Assembly (NCBI GenBank): GCA_019243635.1
Contig: JAFAUB010000049.1
Span: 2,722 to 66,721, forward strand
Reading direction: 5' to 3'
DNA length: 64,000 nt
Origin: Pseudonocardiales bacterium
GTDB taxonomy: Bacteria; Actinomycetota; Actinomycetes; Mycobacteriales; Pseudonocardiaceae
The notes under the pieces are model-generated. The model did no database searches and was not told the DNA's origin. It saw nothing but the letters and a program-made list of their open reading frames with translations. A program made the translations under genes and the position numbers. Shown piece by piece: positions 62,592-64,000 of the stretch. Numbering within the stretch: the first letter of the stretch is position 1; the number at the start of each line of letters is the position of its first letter.

Positions 62592-63287
62592 CTACTCGAC
62601 CCGCTTGGCGGGGGAGAGGCGGACGCAGCATCGGGATGGGCTGGGGTGCAGGTGCGCGGTCAGCCCGGTGGAAGCTAGGCCGTTGAGGAGCCCGTCGAGC
62701 AGGCGCAGGTTCATTCCGCACACGAGTGCGGTGTATTCCTGCGCCAGGGTGTGGAAGGGGCAGTTGGCGAGCGTGACGTCGTCGCCTTCGGTGCGTGGTT
62801 CGAAGCCGTATTCCTCGAGTACCCGTAGTGCGGTCCGTCGTGCGTCGTGGTTGTCGTCGGCGCTGCGCGCCGTTTCGCCGAGCTCCTTGCCCAGCTGGTA
62901 GGCCCGCAGGGCGAGGATTGCGCGTGGTGAGTCCCCGGAGCGTTCGGCGTGCTCGATGGCGCTGGACAGCAGCTGCCCGGCCAAGTCGTAGCGGCGCTGG
63001 GGCAGAGACACGGCCACGTGATGATGCGACCGCTGGTACAGCTTCGCCGGCCGTCCCGCGCCGGGGCCGGTGCGGCCGGTGCGGCGCTGGTAGACCACGT
63101 CCAGCAGGTTCTCGTCCACCAGCCGGTCAAGATGAAACGCCGCAGTCGCGCGCGGCAGCTCAACAGCCGCGGCGGCGTCGTCGCGACTGACCGGTGAGGG
63201 CTGGCGCACCACGTAGTCGTAGAGACGGCGACGGGTCGGTTCGTCAAGCGCGGCGACCGCCGAGATCCGAGCCTCCCAGGACTCCAT
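62592..63287 (-). CDS. winged-helix (ArsR-like) transcriptional regulator with a C-terminal Cys-containing domain
   Basis: LDEPTRRRLYDYVVRQPSPVSRDDAAAAVELPRATAAFHLDRLV is an ArsR-type wHTH. The C-terminus has NCPFH...VCGMN. Confidence 0.55.
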   Translation of the reverse strand: MESWEARISAVAALDEPTRRRLYDYVVRQPSPVSRDDAAAAVELPRATAAFHLDRLVDENLLDVVYQRRTGRTGPGAGRPAKLYQRSHHHVAVSLPQRRYDLAGQLLSSAIEHAERSGDSPRAILALRAYQLGKELGETARSADDNHDARRTALRVLEEYGFEPRTEGDDVTLANCPFHTLAQEYTALVCGMNLRLLDGLLNGLASTGLTAHLHPSPSRCCVRLSPAKRVE

Positions 63288-63381
63288 TCTATAACCAACT
63301 CCTGTTGACGAAACAGTCGCACCGGTTCTAATGTTAGCACATCATGGTTTTAGAACGGAGTCCGGCGACGAGGAGGGTGAG

Positions 63382-63876
63382 ATGAGCGAGCAGCTAGTGG
63401 TCGTCGGCGTCGACGGCTCGCCGGCCAGCTACACGGCGCTGCGGTGGACTCTGGCGCATGCCGGGCACACCGGCGCCTGGGTGTGTGCGGTCCGCTGCTG
63501 GACGCCGGTATTGGCGAAGGGGTGGGAGGCGGCGGTCACCGCCGAACCGGTGCCACCCGTCACCGAGCAGGAAGCGCGGGCCGAGCGGGAGCTCGCGCAG
63601 GTCGTGGCGGCTGCACTGGCGCGGGTCACCACTGCGGTGGCGCGGGTTGCCGTGCGGCAAAGGGTGGTCCGCGGGCCGGCCGGCCCGGCGCTCGTCTCCC
63701 AGGCCACTGGTGCCGACTTGCTGGTCGTCGGCCACGGCCACCGGTCGGTCGACATGCTGCACCGCTCGGTGAGCTGGTACTGCGCGCGGCACGCGACCTG
63801 CCCAGTGCTGGTCATCCCCCCCGCGATGGCCACCCGGAGAACACTGGCCCGGACGACCGCGGAGGTGTTCGCGTGA
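63382..63876 (+). CDS. universal stress protein family
   Basis: VVVGVDGSPASYTALRW...ADLLVVGHGHRS...SVSWYCARHATCPVLVIP. Confidence 0.75.
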   Translation: MSEQLVVVGVDGSPASYTALRWTLAHAGHTGAWVCAVRCWTPVLAKGWEAAVTAEPVPPVTEQEARAERELAQVVAAALARVTTAVARVAVRQRVVRGPAGPALVSQATGADLLVVGHGHRSVDMLHRSVSWYCARHATCPVLVIPPAMATRRTLARTTAEVFA

Positions 63877-64000
63877 CCCCCGCACCTGCCGGGCCAGTCC
63901 CCGCGCGTCACCGCAGTCTTCGGGTGGTCCCGCCACGGGAGGGAGTGAACCTGCCGGCGGTGGAGCGGGCGGTGGCCGATCTGCTGGTAGCCCTGGGTAA
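63873..64000 (+). CDS. folE: probable GTP cyclohydrolase I, N-terminal part (runs off window end)
   Basis: The GTG overlaps the USP stop (GTGA). ...LPAVERAVADLLVALG resembles the FolE N-terminus AE.AVRELL.AIGEDP. Only 42 codons are visible. Confidence 0.4.
   Translation, partial: MTPAPAGPVPARHRSLRVVPPREGVNLPAVERAVADLLVALG

Overview
High-GC (about 70%) actinobacterial chromosome segment. The backbone is collinear with the Mycobacterium tuberculosis Rv3646c-Rv3680 region: topA, H+-pyrophosphatase, DEAH-box helicase with a DUF1998 C-terminus, the actinobacterial 'helicase/secretion neighbourhood' Tad-like locus, HAD hydrolase, then acs, arfB, marP, tlpA-like, nth, crp, ridA and two ArsA-like ATPases. 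Three blocks interrupt it. (1) About 2 kb holding a decayed IS630-family element with 38-bp inverted repeats and a TA duplication. (2) A roughly 29-kb accessory block (about 16.0-45.1 kb). Its core is a biosynthetic gene cluster: SARP regulator, DUF2156 aminoacyl-tRNA-transferase-like protein, acyl-AMP ligase, carrier protein, KS-AT-DH-ACP type I PKS, thioesterase, methyltransferase, KS plus ACP, ferritin-like diiron oxygenase, flavin reductase, small membrane protein, SRPBCC protein, class-III aminotransferase, ACAD-fold flavoenzyme, ALDH and MFS exporter. At family level this resembles the valanimycin N-N/azoxy enzyme set (VlmA/H/R/B/O/I/F) joined to a fatty-amine pathway. An 83-nt type-II, Ser-like tRNA gene with an intact core but a non-canonical anticodon arm sits inside this operon; I consider it the most interesting signal. 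The right flank of the block is decayed (glycosyltransferase, IS5 and mazEF remnants). (3) A Calvin-cycle island (prk, class I fba, cbbR, cbbLSX). Other points: a candidate Ms1/6S-like sRNA locus, several in-frame 12/15/18-bp tandem duplications, and candidate operator palindromes. No rRNA genes or CRISPR arrays were seen. All family calls come from reading motifs by eye, without database searches.
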